Source of the DNA: an uncultured Methanomicrobiales archaeon
Lineage (GTDB): Archaea; Halobacteriota; Methanomicrobia; Methanomicrobiales; Methanospirillaceae
Assembly: GCA_963697895.1 (NCBI GenBank)
Contig: OY969100.1
Coordinates: forward strand, 1,568,001-1,632,000
DNA: 64,000 nt
Direction: 5' to 3'
Shown: piece after piece, positions 48,621 through 58,426 of the stretch
How positions within the stretch are numbered: the stretch's first letter is position 1
How the letters are laid out: every line of letters starts with the position of its first letter
Program-made: the position numbers and the translations under genes
Notes under the pieces: model-generated
What the model was told of the DNA's origin: nothing
The model's input: only the letters and a program-made list of their open reading frames with translations
The model's database searches: none

Positions 48621-50972
48621 TCAGACCTCCTTTCTTTTTCGGATCATCCGCTCAAGAAGGGTCGGGTCAGGAATTTCCTTCTCTGACCAGTTCATCTCCC
48701 GGAGATATTTTTCAATATCGTCTTTCATGGTCAGCGGGATATCGGATACTTTCCGGACAAAGAGGTGAATATCCGGGGGAATGCCTCCAATGAGCCGGTT
48801 ATGCAGGTCAAAATAGTTACTCAGCTTGATGGCACGCCCCTTGCCCGTATCATTCGGGCGCATGACGAGTTTGGCAATCATAACCATTGCCTCCTCTTTC
48901 GTTTCGGCAGCAAAGAAGAGGTGTTCCGGCACCGGCCCCCCATATGCTTTTTCACCGGTCCGGGCATCATAAACATTCCAATCATCTGTTCTGTCAGAAC
49001 GGCCAAGCAACATGCGGCGGTATTTTGAGCCATGCGGTCCGACAACGACCGGTATGCCAAGTCTCCAGAAACCGGCGGCAATGGATGCAGCTTTCTGGGA
49101 CATGGCCCCCCAGGCAACTCCGACCGCCCCCACACGGTTGTACACATAATCGGCGATCTCCTCGTAATTTCCCCGGAGGGGGCGTTTTGCAAAGATACTT
49201 GCGATCTTGATTGCCGCCCCTGATATGTGGGCATTGGAAACACAGGAACCCACGTTCACGATACCTCCGGCGTCAAACGATCCGGGATAGAGTTCATAGG
49301 CGGTTTTTCCCTCTTCATTCCGGTACATACCTGCAGACATGGCTGCACAGCCGGAAGTGCAGACAATATACCTTCGTTTCGCATACTCCATGCACATCTC
49401 GGCGACCTCCCGTGAACCTTTCGGATAATTTGAACAACCGACAAACGCAACGACACCGGGGATTTCTCCAAGAACGATAGGTCCGCCAACCTTACGTATT
49501 TCCACGTCCTGGATTGCGCCCCTGCCAGTCCGAAGACAATACGTTTCCTCCCGGGTCATCCTGTCCATCGCGGCAACGATGAAACTGTGGAGAGGAAGTT
49601 TCTGCGGGCATGCCGATTCGCATCTCCCGCATCCAACACAGTCATCATACAATTCATCAAGGCCGCGAAGGTTCCCCTGTCCTGCGGCTTTGACCGCATA
49701 CAGGATAGGGAGATCATTAGGGCATGCTCTCCTGCAAAGTGCACACTGGGTGCATTTCTTTGCCAATTTGACAATCTCTTCTGGTGAAGGGAGGTTCTTG
49801 TATTTTTTACGTGTGGGTGCAACCGCCATTGCCGTCCTGACGGCGACTTCCCCTGCCTTGACCGGGTCAAGGATCAGTGCACCGTTAATACGGCCTTTCA
49901 CAATATCATCGACAATCTCATCGGCAGGGTCGTAGGTCCTGTCAGGAAGCCCGCAGCAGTTTTTTTCACTTGTGGCGAGCACGGGAGTGTGGATCTTCTC
50001 CGCTTCATAGAGGGTATCGGCCCGGATGCACTGCTCGTCTATGACAATGAGATCGGGAACACCGCTTCGGATATAACGGAGCTGCCATGAGATCGGCCCG
50101 ATGATCTTTGCCCGGGCCGAATATCGTGTCATGTCAAGAGCGGTGCAGCAGATCCCGGTTACTTCCACCTTTGGCTCGAGATCATTGATCCTCAGATAAT
50201 CGATGATTTCTGTTGCCGGCGGAACATTATGGCCGATAACCAAGATGACCGGTTTTTTGATATCTACACAGCCAAGACCAAGATCGACAAGAGGTGATTC
50301 CGGTTCTGCCTTGGGAAAACCAAGAGCGGAGATCTGGGCAAGGTCTGCAACCTCCATACTGACATGGTCGATCATTCCTGCATGGAACACCTTTGACTCG
50401 AAATCGAGGTTGTTCCCTTCCTGGCCGGTGTGGGTTACGGCGAGAAGCTGGGTCACCTGCTTCTCGCAATATTCAAGCACCTCCTCAAGGTCGCCAAGCG
50501 TTTCCGGTTTTATACCGCATACAAGGCGTACATTGGGGGCTTCCACCCCGACTGTATGCCCTCCGACATCCAGAGCCTGTTCCGGGCCGAACCGTTCAAT
50601 CATATGGGTGACCAGTTCACGTGCATGCCCGGTGTGAGTTGAGGCCCCGATACTGGCAGCAAGTAACACCGTCCGGGACTGCTGGGCGGCCATGTTGATC
50701 CCGCAGGCTCCGCGCTTGTTTCCGGTCAGGTCGCATTTTCCGTAGGTGCAGAGGCAGCAGAGATCGCAGAACGGGAGGTAAAACGGTTTATATCTGTTGA
50801 GCAGCATGAAGTCCCATGAACGCAGCGTGGTCAGCGAGGGATACGGGGTGGGTCCCATCGGCTCATCCCATCTCTCCTCGGTAATCCCTCCTATGCTGAT
50901 ACTGATATCATGGATCCTGGCTAGATCTGAATTTAGTTCCTTGATTTTTACGTTTACTCCTTTCTTGGCCAC
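48621..50972 (-). CDS. cdhA: ACDS complex alpha subunit (CO dehydrogenase)
   Basis: CDLCCLCTYGKC, GHN, GICCT, two extra 4Fe-4S motifs and GSCVSNAH. GTG start at 50972 (or 50981). Confidence 0.96.
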   Translation of the reverse strand: MAKKGVNVKIKELNSDLARIHDISISIGGITEERWDEPMGPTPYPSLTTLRSWDFMLLNRYKPFYLPFCDLCCLCTYGKCDLTGNKRGACGINMAAQQSRTVLLAASIGASTHTGHARELVTHMIERFGPEQALDVGGHTVGVEAPNVRLVCGIKPETLGDLEEVLEYCEKQVTQLLAVTHTGQEGNNLDFESKVFHAGMIDHVSMEVADLAQISALGFPKAEPESPLVDLGLGCVDIKKPVILVIGHNVPPATEIIDYLRINDLEPKVEVTGICCTALDMTRYSARAKIIGPISWQLRYIRSGVPDLIVIDEQCIRADTLYEAEKIHTPVLATSEKNCCGLPDRTYDPADEIVDDIVKGRINGALILDPVKAGEVAVRTAMAVAPTRKKYKNLPSPEEIVKLAKKCTQCALCRRACPNDLPILYAVKAAGQGNLRGLDELYDDCVGCGRCESACPQKLPLHSFIVAAMDRMTREETYCLRTGRGAIQDVEIRKVGGPIVLGEIPGVVAFVGCSNYPKGSREVAEMCMEYAKRRYIVCTSGCAAMSAGMYRNEEGKTAYELYPGSFDAGGIVNVGSCVSNAHISGAAIKIASIFAKRPLRGNYEEIADYVYNRVGAVGVAWGAMSQKAASIAAGFWRLGIPVVVGPHGSKYRRMLLGRSDRTDDWNVYDARTGEKAYGGPVPEHLFFAAETKEEAMVMIAKLVMRPNDTGKGRAIKLSNYFDLHNRLIGGIPPDIHLFVRKVSDIPLTMKDDIEKYLREMNWSEKEIPDPTLLERMIRKRKEV

Positions 50973-51077
50973 GTGATGCACCGCCTATTATGGCTCAAGT
51001 AAGACATTACCTATAGATACAAAAAAAATATCTTATTGTGCTAATCCGGTTTTTTTGAGAAATTTAAAATAAATTGC

Positions 51078-51842
51078 TTACGCGTGGATAATCCGCTCGA
51101 CGATTTCACCGACCGAAATGAATGCAGGCGAGATGTCCGGGATTTGGAGAAGTGAATATCCTGAGAGGACATACTCTGCGACAACCGGATCTTCTGTTAT
51201 TTTACCGAGATATGCAAGGCCGGTCTCGATCTTTGCACGTGCCTCAAGATGTTTCGGAAACGCAAATCCACCAATGACGACAAAATGGCCATACCGGATA
51301 CCCACTTCCCGGATGATATGGTGTGCGCGTTTCACATGGTAAAATGATTTGCTCGACGGACCCATGACATCGACAATGATGTCAACGGTTCCGGCAATCT
51401 TCCTGTTGAGGTGTTCAAGTCCGGCAGGGGAATCGATAAGCACGTACTGGTACTGGCGGGTAATGGAACTGAGTGCGTTTTTGAGAGCGGCATCCGGCAA
51501 ACAGTAGCACCCTTCAATCCATTTTGTTCCGACAGCCATAAAATCAAAGGAATCACTCTCAAAAAGGCCCTGTTCCCAAATCCTGTTCTCGATCCGCTGT
51601 GATGGTGGAACACCAATCGTGGTCCCGCCTTTTTGGATGAATGTCTCGGACAGGAGTTCAGCAATGGTCTTTTTGCCGGCAGTATCAAGATCGACCCCAA
51701 CCATCTCGGCAAGGTTCTGGTCCGGGTCGACGTCTACAAGGAGGATGGGGGTATGGTTTTTTTCGATCAGATATTTGGCCATCAGCGCAACAAACGTTGT
51801 TTTACCGGTTCCGCCGCGGCCCATGGTCACAATAGTTCTCAA
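51078..51842 (-). CDS. cooC: CooC/AcsF nickel-insertion ATPase (copy 2)
   Basis: GRGGTGKT, DVDPD, GCYC and DSPAGLEHLNR motifs. Confidence 0.85.
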   Translation of the reverse strand: MRTIVTMGRGGTGKTTFVALMAKYLIEKNHTPILLVDVDPDQNLAEMVGVDLDTAGKKTIAELLSETFIQKGGTTIGVPPSQRIENRIWEQGLFESDSFDFMAVGTKWIEGCYCLPDAALKNALSSITRQYQYVLIDSPAGLEHLNRKIAGTVDIIVDVMGPSSKSFYHVKRAHHIIREVGIRYGHFVVIGGFAFPKHLEARAKIETGLAYLGKITEDPVVAEYVLSGYSLLQIPDISPAFISVGEIVERIIHA

Positions 51843-51860
51843 CCTATTTCCCCCGTATTT

Positions 51861-52646
51861 TCATGTGGGTTTGAATGGTGGACCGGTTAATCGTTGTGCA
51901 AGTTGACTGAGCGCTTCCAGTGCCACGGAAGTTTTCTCATCCACCTGTTCACCGGTAACCCCGGCGATCATAACCTGCTGGTCAAAGGGAATCATCCCAT
52001 ACACCGGTATATTGTGTTTTCTAGCGAATGCAGAAAATATCTCTTCCTGCTCAGGGCCGGTTATCTTGTTTGCGATGAGGCCGACCTGCCGGATCGGTGA
52101 ACCGGCCGCCATCCTATAGATGGCCCGTGACGTCTCGAGCGATTTTTTATTGGCATCTGTAATTACCAACATTATATCGACACGTTCTGCCGTCCCCCTC
52201 CCGAGGTGCTCTATACCCGCTTCCATGTCAAGGATCACCACATCATCCCTCTCAACCATGAGATGCCTGAGCAGGGCCTTGACTACCGTGTTAGCCGGGC
52301 AGGTACATCCTGAACCAAGGGACCGGACCGTTCCCATGACGAGGAGGTACGCACCGGAGGGTGTCGGTACCGCATACCGGCTGATGATATCGTCCACGGT
52401 AAATGTGAGCCGAAAAACGCCAGGATGGTCCGTGGTGGTCTTCAACCGGATGAGTTCCTCGTTTTCCGCCACAGGAAGGATGTGTTTCGCTTCCTCATCG
52501 GAAAGTCCCAGGCTCATCGCAAGGTTTGGCGACGGGTCGGCATCGATGGCGATCACCGGTCGTCCTTTCCGGGCAAAGATGGTTGCAAGAGTACCGGCAA
52601 TGAATGTTTTTCCCACGCCGCCCTTGCCGGTCACCGCAATTTTCAT
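51861..52646 (-). CDS. cooC: CooC nickel-insertion ATPase (copy 1)
   Basis: GKGGVGKT, DADP, GCTCP and DMEAGIEHLGRG motifs. Confidence 0.9.
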   Translation of the reverse strand: MKIAVTGKGGVGKTFIAGTLATIFARKGRPVIAIDADPSPNLAMSLGLSDEEAKHILPVAENEELIRLKTTTDHPGVFRLTFTVDDIISRYAVPTPSGAYLLVMGTVRSLGSGCTCPANTVVKALLRHLMVERDDVVILDMEAGIEHLGRGTAERVDIMLVITDANKKSLETSRAIYRMAAGSPIRQVGLIANKITGPEQEEIFSAFARKHNIPVYGMIPFDQQVMIAGVTGEQVDEKTSVALEALSQLAQRLTGPPFKPT

Positions 52647-52751
52647 AGAACAGTCCTCCTCTTATGGACATGTAAGACCTGCGGTTTAATGGTTTTGCTG
52701 CATACGGGAGAGGAGGCTTGATCAGCAAAAATGAGACAGTGTTTCAATAAG

Positions 52752-52824
52752 AGCCCCAGCCGTGATTTGAACACGGGGCCTGCTGATTACAAGTCAGCCG
52801 CTCTGCCAACTAAGCCACTGGGGC
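52752..52824 (-). tRNA. tRNA-Thr (anticodon TGT), no intron, CCA not encoded
   Basis: GCCCCAG acceptor stem, D loop TAGTTGGCAGAGC, anticodon arm GCTGA-CTTGTAA-TCAGC, T loop GTTCAAAT; 73 nt. Confidence 0.96.
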
Positions 52825-52923
52825 GCCATATACCGTTGTTGCTTGTCGATAAAAAAGATGGCGATGACGAATCGGGAACATCCCTCAATTTTCACGGTAT
52901 TTATCGGAATTTATGCTGCTTTT

Positions 52924-53175
52924 TCATCGATTTCCGTAATCCCAGATAATCTGGTCATTATACCTTATCTGGATGATCCGGTGATAGGGGATAGCGGCAG
53001 TGCCCGTCTTTGATATGATCTCCATATACTGGGCATCGAGGAAAACGATCTGCTCTCCTCTCACACAGGTCTCGTCTCCGGGCGCACCCCGATCCCGGTA
53101 GCAGACGGTGATGTCTGCAAAGCGATAACGAGGGTCGTGGAAGTACTTCAGGAGAAGGGCGTGGGTCGTTCTCAT
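52924..53175 (-). CDS. DUF504/UPF0248 (MJ1316-like) small protein
   Basis: HDP, YRDRGAP and IPYHRI..I motifs. Confidence 0.85.
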   Translation of the reverse strand: MRTTHALLLKYFHDPRYRFADITVCYRDRGAPGDETCVRGEQIVFLDAQYMEIISKTGTAAIPYHRIIQIRYNDQIIWDYGNR

Positions 53176-53563
53176 CTGTTTCCTTAGTCCTCACGGGTAC
53201 CGGACGAACGAATAAAACTATTTCCCTCTCCCTGTTCAGGGAATATTATTTATGGATTCTCTTGAGATCTCAAAAAAAACTGGCAGATGTGGATACTTCA
53301 CGGACAGAATGATGCGGTGTGCTCAGGCTTATCCCTAAATGCTCTGAAGAAAGATCTGCCACCTGGATTCTCTGCCGATCCGTATTCAGTTTTTTCTGCC
53401 TATCCGCGCTGCGGAAGATATCCGGACGCTTGAATCGGATGCACGCTGGATCGCGAACGATAACCTCCGCGAACTGACCAATAAAAAAGTTCAGAACCGC
53501 TTTCGACCCCCATGAATCTGCAGAGAAGGATGCATTAATCCGGATCGCCGGGGATAATTAGGA

Positions 53564-54799
53564 ATGATGGTGCAGCTGAATGTGGACATCGGCGGACGCC
53601 CCGGTGTCGACTGCCGGGGATTCTGTGAATACTGTTACTTCAGGCATGTCCGGGAAACACCGGCATTCGGTTGCAGATATTGCCCGCCTTACCAGGTCGG
53701 CTGTGACTACTGCACGAGGAGCGTCAAGGAGCATTATTCTGCTTTCAAGGAACTCCGGGTGGTGGCAGAGGATACGCTGGCCCGTCTACAGCTGTTCTCT
53801 GACGATGTCTCCCGGATTAGCATCAGCGGCGGAGGTGACCCGAGCTGCTACCCGCAATTCACCGATCTTATACCGCTTCTTTCAAGTATGGAGGCCCCGC
53901 TTCATATCGGGTATACCAGTGGAAAAGGGTTCGATGACACAAGTATTGCTGGATTTCTTATCGATCACGGCCTGGCCGAGATATCTTTTACGGTCTTTTC
54001 CACGAACCCCCGCACCCGAAAACGATACATGCACGATCCGACACCTGACGCTTCCCTCCGTATTATCGAGCGGCTCGCCGGGGAGATCGATCTCTATGCA
54101 GCCGCCGTCGTATTACCCGGGGTAAACGACGGTAATGAACTAGCGAGTACCTGCGAATGGCTGGATGAACGGGGAGTAAAGGGCCTGATCCTGATGCGGT
54201 TCGCCAATAACCGCGAACAAGGCCTGATTCTCGGGAATGCTCCCATTATCAAGGGTCAGAGGGTCCAGACTGTAGAGGAATTCCGTGATATGGTCACCGA
54301 TTTGCAAAGCACCTACAAAATGAAGATTAGCGGGACCCCTCTCTGGGACCCGGAGATCGGATCGCCGTTCGCTATACTCGGCGAACCCGATCTCCTTTCT
54401 AAACTTCCGCGACTTGTATGTCGGTGCTCCCTCATCAGCGGCCGGATTGCAGCACCGTTTATCCAGAAGATCCTCGATGCATGTGGTGGCACCGTGCGGG
54501 TAATAGGGGTCGAAAAGGAGATTGCTTGCCTGATCACAGGGGAGGATCTCAAGGGTATCGATCCCGCCGACCTCGAACAGCTCGTTATCATCCCGGGCCG
54601 TGCATTCGTCCATGATCGGGAGGCCGCGAAATGTTTCTGCCGGGATGGGATAAAGCGCATCGTCCTCCGGGGACCGGATATGCTGACGGCTGATGCCGAA
54701 ACCAGCATGGGAATGTCTCGGGATGAGGTGCTTTTACAAGAAATGTGCGCATTCGCCGAACTTATTCAGCTGATTAACCGGTCAGGAACAAAGGTCTGA
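53564..54799 (+). CDS. mmp10: Methyl-coenzyme M reductase arginine methyltransferase (methanogenesis marker 10; B12-dependent radical SAM)
   Basis: GGRPGVDCRGFCEYCYF, CRYC...CDYC iron loop, GGGDPSCYP, MRFAN and KEIACLIT motifs. Confidence 0.92.
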   Translation: MMVQLNVDIGGRPGVDCRGFCEYCYFRHVRETPAFGCRYCPPYQVGCDYCTRSVKEHYSAFKELRVVAEDTLARLQLFSDDVSRISISGGGDPSCYPQFTDLIPLLSSMEAPLHIGYTSGKGFDDTSIAGFLIDHGLAEISFTVFSTNPRTRKRYMHDPTPDASLRIIERLAGEIDLYAAAVVLPGVNDGNELASTCEWLDERGVKGLILMRFANNREQGLILGNAPIIKGQRVQTVEEFRDMVTDLQSTYKMKISGTPLWDPEIGSPFAILGEPDLLSKLPRLVCRCSLISGRIAAPFIQKILDACGGTVRVIGVEKEIACLITGEDLKGIDPADLEQLVIIPGRAFVHDREAAKCFCRDGIKRIVLRGPDMLTADAETSMGMSRDEVLLQEMCAFAELIQLINRSGTKV

Positions 54800-54887
54800 A
54801 CAAGGTCTTTCTGATCTGAATTTTCCGTCCCCGATACTATTATCTCAATATCAAGTGAATAATACTGAGCACTCATCCAAATGGAAG

Positions 54888-54959
54888 TGCTGGCATATGT
54901 AAATCCGACGTGCAGTTCCTGCACAGCCCGTCGTGGCTGGGGATTACAGAGGGTCAGCA
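54888..54959 (+). ncRNA. Structured ribosomal-protein S15 leader (cis-regulatory RNA)
   Basis: Nested helices TGCTGGC/GTCAGCA and TGTA(A)ATCC/GGATTACA close two hairpins, GTGCAG-TTC-CTGCAC and CAGCC-N6-GGCTG; lies about 46 nt before rps15. Confidence 0.72.
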
Positions 54960-55005
54960 GCAATGACTCTTTTTTCCCGGGTTTTACATGATGATTAGGA
55001 GGTGA

Positions 55006-55467
55006 ATGATGGCACGAATGCACGCTCGTCGGCGTGGAAAATCGGGCTCGGTGCGACCGCACCGAAAAGAAATACCTGATTGGTCCAATACCGATGTCAA
55101 GGCGATAGAGAAGGTAATCCTGGATCTCCGAAAAGAGGGGGTCTCAACAAGCCGTATCGGGCTGGTCCTTCGGGATAGCTATGGTGTTCCGGATGTGAAA
55201 CTGGCCTGCGGGAAACGGATCGGAGAAATTCTCGAGGAGAAGGGAGTACAATCCAATATTCCGGAAGATCTGCGTAATCTGATCATGAAGGCACTGGGCC
55301 TCCGGAAACATCTTGGGGCGAATAAAAATGACCTGCATAATAAACGGCAGCTCCAGTTGACAGAGTCGAAAGTGCGGCGTCTGGTCAGGTATTATACCGT
55401 GAACGGTAAGTTGCCGTCTGACTGGAGTTATAAGCCGGAAACCGCTGAAATTTTGCTCTCCCGATGA
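55006..55467 (+). CDS. rps15: 30S ribosomal protein uS15
   Basis: MARMHARRRGKSGS, LRDSYGVPDVK, IPEDLRNL and ESKVRRLVRYY motifs. Confidence 0.97.
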   Translation: MMARMHARRRGKSGSVRPHRKEIPDWSNTDVKAIEKVILDLRKEGVSTSRIGLVLRDSYGVPDVKLACGKRIGEILEEKGVQSNIPEDLRNLIMKALGLRKHLGANKNDLHNKRQLQLTESKVRRLVRYYTVNGKLPSDWSYKPETAEILLSR

Positions 55468-55470
55468 TAT

Positions 55471-56688
55471 ATGTCCCTTGAAGCCACCGCAGCCCTGATC
55501 GCAGAACATCTGGCAAGACAGGAGTACGTGGAAGTATACGGTCATAATGATGCAGATGGCATCGCAGCGGCGTCTATCCTTGGTATTGCGATACTTCGGG
55601 CAAAGGGCCAGTTCAGGCTCCGCATTACGAGTGGGATCAGCGCCGCTGAAATAGGAAAGGATGCGGTCGTACTCCTCTGTGACTTTGGCTCATCGCTCGA
55701 GGGGCTTCCCCCGGATACGGTCGTCATCGATCACCATCACCCGGTTGTTACCGGCAAATACCATCTGAATCCGGAATATCATGCGGTAGATGGTGATCGC
55801 GAGCTTTCTGCATCGGGTGCCGCCTATCTTATCGCGCAACACATGGGTGACAACCGGGATCTCGCAGGACTCGCGTTGCTTGGCGTGATCGGTGACCGGC
55901 AGGAACTTTCCGGAGCAAACCTCGAGATATTCAATGAGGCAGTGGCGGAAGGAGTTATCTCCCTCATGCGGGGAATCTCCCTCCCGGGCAGGGATTATCA
56001 CGAACGCCTTCTGATGGCGATCAATCCGTACCTTCACCAGGTCAGCGGGGATGACCCGGCGGTAGCGAGCCTGCTCGAGCGATCGCTGGATGGGGAAATG
56101 GCGGACCAGGCAGCATTGATATCACTCCTCCTCCTCGAAATCAGTCCTTATGCAACCGTAGAGGCCATGGAATCCGTCTATGGTGATCGATTCGGACTCG
56201 GACGCGAAGTGATGGATGATGCCCATTCGCTCACGGCAGTGATCGATGCATGTGGAAAATCCGGCTACGGCGGGCTCGCTGCTTCTCTCTGTTTCCGTTC
56301 CGCTGCAGGTCTCGACGAGGCATGGCAGCAGACACGACATCACCGGATGAAGGTGATCGAAGCGATACGCACGATAACTGCAGAAGAGGGGTTCCCGGGT
56401 TTTTACCGGGTTGTTGATCCTATGGTGTCCAGTGATGTCGCTGACGCTCTTGCGTTTGACTGTATTCAGGAGATACCAATTGCAGTCTTTTCACAATCGG
56501 GAGAACTCTGCCATATATCTGCCCGGATCCCGAAGGGGCTCGGAATGGATATCGGAAGCGCGATGAGAGAACTCGCTATTGCATGCGGCGGATTCGGTGG
56601 CGGACATAGAAACAGGGCAGGTGCAACTATAAGCTGTTCAGAGATTGACCGGTTCAGAACCGGGTTGCAGGAGATGATTGCCGGATGA
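55471..56688 (+). CDS. DHH/DHHA1 RecJ-like phosphoesterase
   Basis: HNDADG, DFG, IDHH and GGGH motifs; conserved position after rps15. Confidence 0.88.
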   Translation: MSLEATAALIAEHLARQEYVEVYGHNDADGIAAASILGIAILRAKGQFRLRITSGISAAEIGKDAVVLLCDFGSSLEGLPPDTVVIDHHHPVVTGKYHLNPEYHAVDGDRELSASGAAYLIAQHMGDNRDLAGLALLGVIGDRQELSGANLEIFNEAVAEGVISLMRGISLPGRDYHERLLMAINPYLHQVSGDDPAVASLLERSLDGEMADQAALISLLLLEISPYATVEAMESVYGDRFGLGREVMDDAHSLTAVIDACGKSGYGGLAASLCFRSAAGLDEAWQQTRHHRMKVIEAIRTITAEEGFPGFYRVVDPMVSSDVADALAFDCIQEIPIAVFSQSGELCHISARIPKGLGMDIGSAMRELAIACGGFGGGHRNRAGATISCSEIDRFRTGLQEMIAG

Positions 56689-56909
56689 TGGAGATCGAGG
56701 GCCTTATCAGAACCGCTCATGAGGCACCTTTATCGGTCGCCATGTCACTCTGTCCGGACAACCTCACCGGGATGGAGACCGCCGCAATCGGAGATGTTGT
56801 GGAGACCAGGATCCGGTCCTGTCAGCTCCGTTCGGTAATCGCGTCGGTGGATGATTATCTGATGAATCTCATGATATCTGAGGATCTATGCACGTACACT
56901 TCGCATTGA
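56685..56909 (+). CDS. pcc1: KEOPS complex subunit Pcc1
   Basis: 74 aa; SL.PDN...LRSVIASVDDYLMNL; conserved context. Confidence 0.82.
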   Translation: MMEIEGLIRTAHEAPLSVAMSLCPDNLTGMETAAIGDVVETRIRSCQLRSVIASVDDYLMNLMISEDLCTYTSH

Positions 56910-58417
56910 AGGCAGATCTGGTATGGAGTGGAGATCTTCCTCCTGAAGCGATGGATGCAATCGGTCGCGTCGTGGAAGAGGCGAACCAGAAGCGATTCAG
57001 GAAAGGGGTCCCTCCAGAGGTGAGGGAGGATGAGATCGGGCGGATTATCCACTGGTGTACGTGCGGCAATCAGCTCAGCCTCGAGATCGAGAGCGGTCCG
57101 TACACGCGGGCTCATGATGCCCTGTTCCGGTTCAAAAAACAGATCGCGAGCGCACTCGGAAGGTACCGGCTCGGCGTCCGGGGCATTGACATCAGTGAGT
57201 TCAGGATCACCCTTTGCGGAGCCTTTCCGGCAGATTTCCGGGTCCCATCCCTTCCGTTCATCCGGACCGCAATCCTTTGCGATGAAAGCCTGGAGCTGGA
57301 TCTGGTGACGACGGCTGCCGATCTGGAGAATAAAGTGCCGGATCGGGTCGTTCGTCTTATCGAGGAGAAAGTTCAGGCTGCCGAATATGGCGGAAAAGGA
57401 GAACATTGGGAACTGGTTTTTGAGAGCGGTGAGAAACCCCGTTTTTCGGACCAGGATCCGACCGAAGAGATGATCCGCCGCGGATGGGTGAAGCATGCAC
57501 TCTCGCGTGGGCAATGGATTCATGGCCCACAATCAACCCAGCTCTTCCGGGCATTCGAACAAATCGTCATCGATGAGATCATCGGACCGCTTGGGTTTAC
57601 GGAGATGATCTTCCCTAAACTGGTGCCGTGGGAGGTATGGAAAAAGTCGGGTCATGCTAAGGGTGTGTACCCGGAGATTTACTATGTCTGCACACCGAAA
57701 ACCCGCGACCCTGCCTACTGGGAAGAAGTGGGAGATTACTTCAAGGTGACCGGGGAGGTACCCGTAGATCTTATCCGTGAGAAGATCGACGGTCCGATAG
57801 GAGGGCTCTGTTACGCACAATGTCCGTCATTCTGGCCATTTTTACAGGGTGAGACTCTTGCAAATGAATGCCTCCCGATCCGGCTGTTCGACCGGAGCGG
57901 TACGTCCCACCGGTATGAGAGTGGAGGTATTCACGGAATCGAACGAGTGGATGAATTTCATCGGATCGAGATCCTGTGGCTGGGGACGGCGGAAGAGACC
58001 GTAGATATAGCGGATTGTCTCCATCAGGCGTATCATCATGTTTTCGAGGATATCCTCGAACTCGAATGGCGCAGCGCCCGTGTGACTCCCTGGTTTATGG
58101 CTCAGGAAGGGATGATCGAAAGTGAGAGCAGCTGCGGTTGTGGAAGCCGAATCGGAACAACCGATTATGAAGCGTTTCTTCCATACAGTAAAAATTGGCT
58201 CGAATTTCAGAACGTCAGCATAAACGGAGACAAATACCCGAAGGGGTTCAATGTGAAGATACAGAGCGGGGCAGAGTGCTGGTCAGGTTGTTCAGGTGTC
58301 GGACTTGAACGATGGACTGCATCATTTCTCGCACAGAAAGGACTGGACATCGAAAACTGGCCTGAGGCAATAGCGCGTCTGGTCGGGGAACCGAAAGAAT
58401 TGTTCAAATTTCTCTGA
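56888..58417 (+). CDS. serS: Serine-tRNA ligase, methanogen (Zn-dependent) type
   Basis: YAQCP, DRSGTSHRYESGG, RVDEFHRIE, LEFQN and WSGCSGVGLERW motifs. Confidence 0.93.
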   Translation: MHVHFALKADLVWSGDLPPEAMDAIGRVVEEANQKRFRKGVPPEVREDEIGRIIHWCTCGNQLSLEIESGPYTRAHDALFRFKKQIASALGRYRLGVRGIDISEFRITLCGAFPADFRVPSLPFIRTAILCDESLELDLVTTAADLENKVPDRVVRLIEEKVQAAEYGGKGEHWELVFESGEKPRFSDQDPTEEMIRRGWVKHALSRGQWIHGPQSTQLFRAFEQIVIDEIIGPLGFTEMIFPKLVPWEVWKKSGHAKGVYPEIYYVCTPKTRDPAYWEEVGDYFKVTGEVPVDLIREKIDGPIGGLCYAQCPSFWPFLQGETLANECLPIRLFDRSGTSHRYESGGIHGIERVDEFHRIEILWLGTAEETVDIADCLHQAYHHVFEDILELEWRSARVTPWFMAQEGMIESESSCGCGSRIGTTDYEAFLPYSKNWLEFQNVSINGDKYPKGFNVKIQSGAECWSGCSGVGLERWTASFLAQKGLDIENWPEAIARLVGEPKELFKFL

Positions 58418-58426
58418 GGTGAATAT

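Noticed and set aside
42060-52646. Selenocysteine or pyrrolysine read-through in redox genes
   Set aside because: All these ORFs are complete without in-frame TGA or TAG; the breaks elsewhere are frameshifts, not stops.
53180-53560. Hidden ORF or ncRNA upstream of mmp10
   Set aside because: Only short ORFs and no convincing stable structure or C/D box pair.
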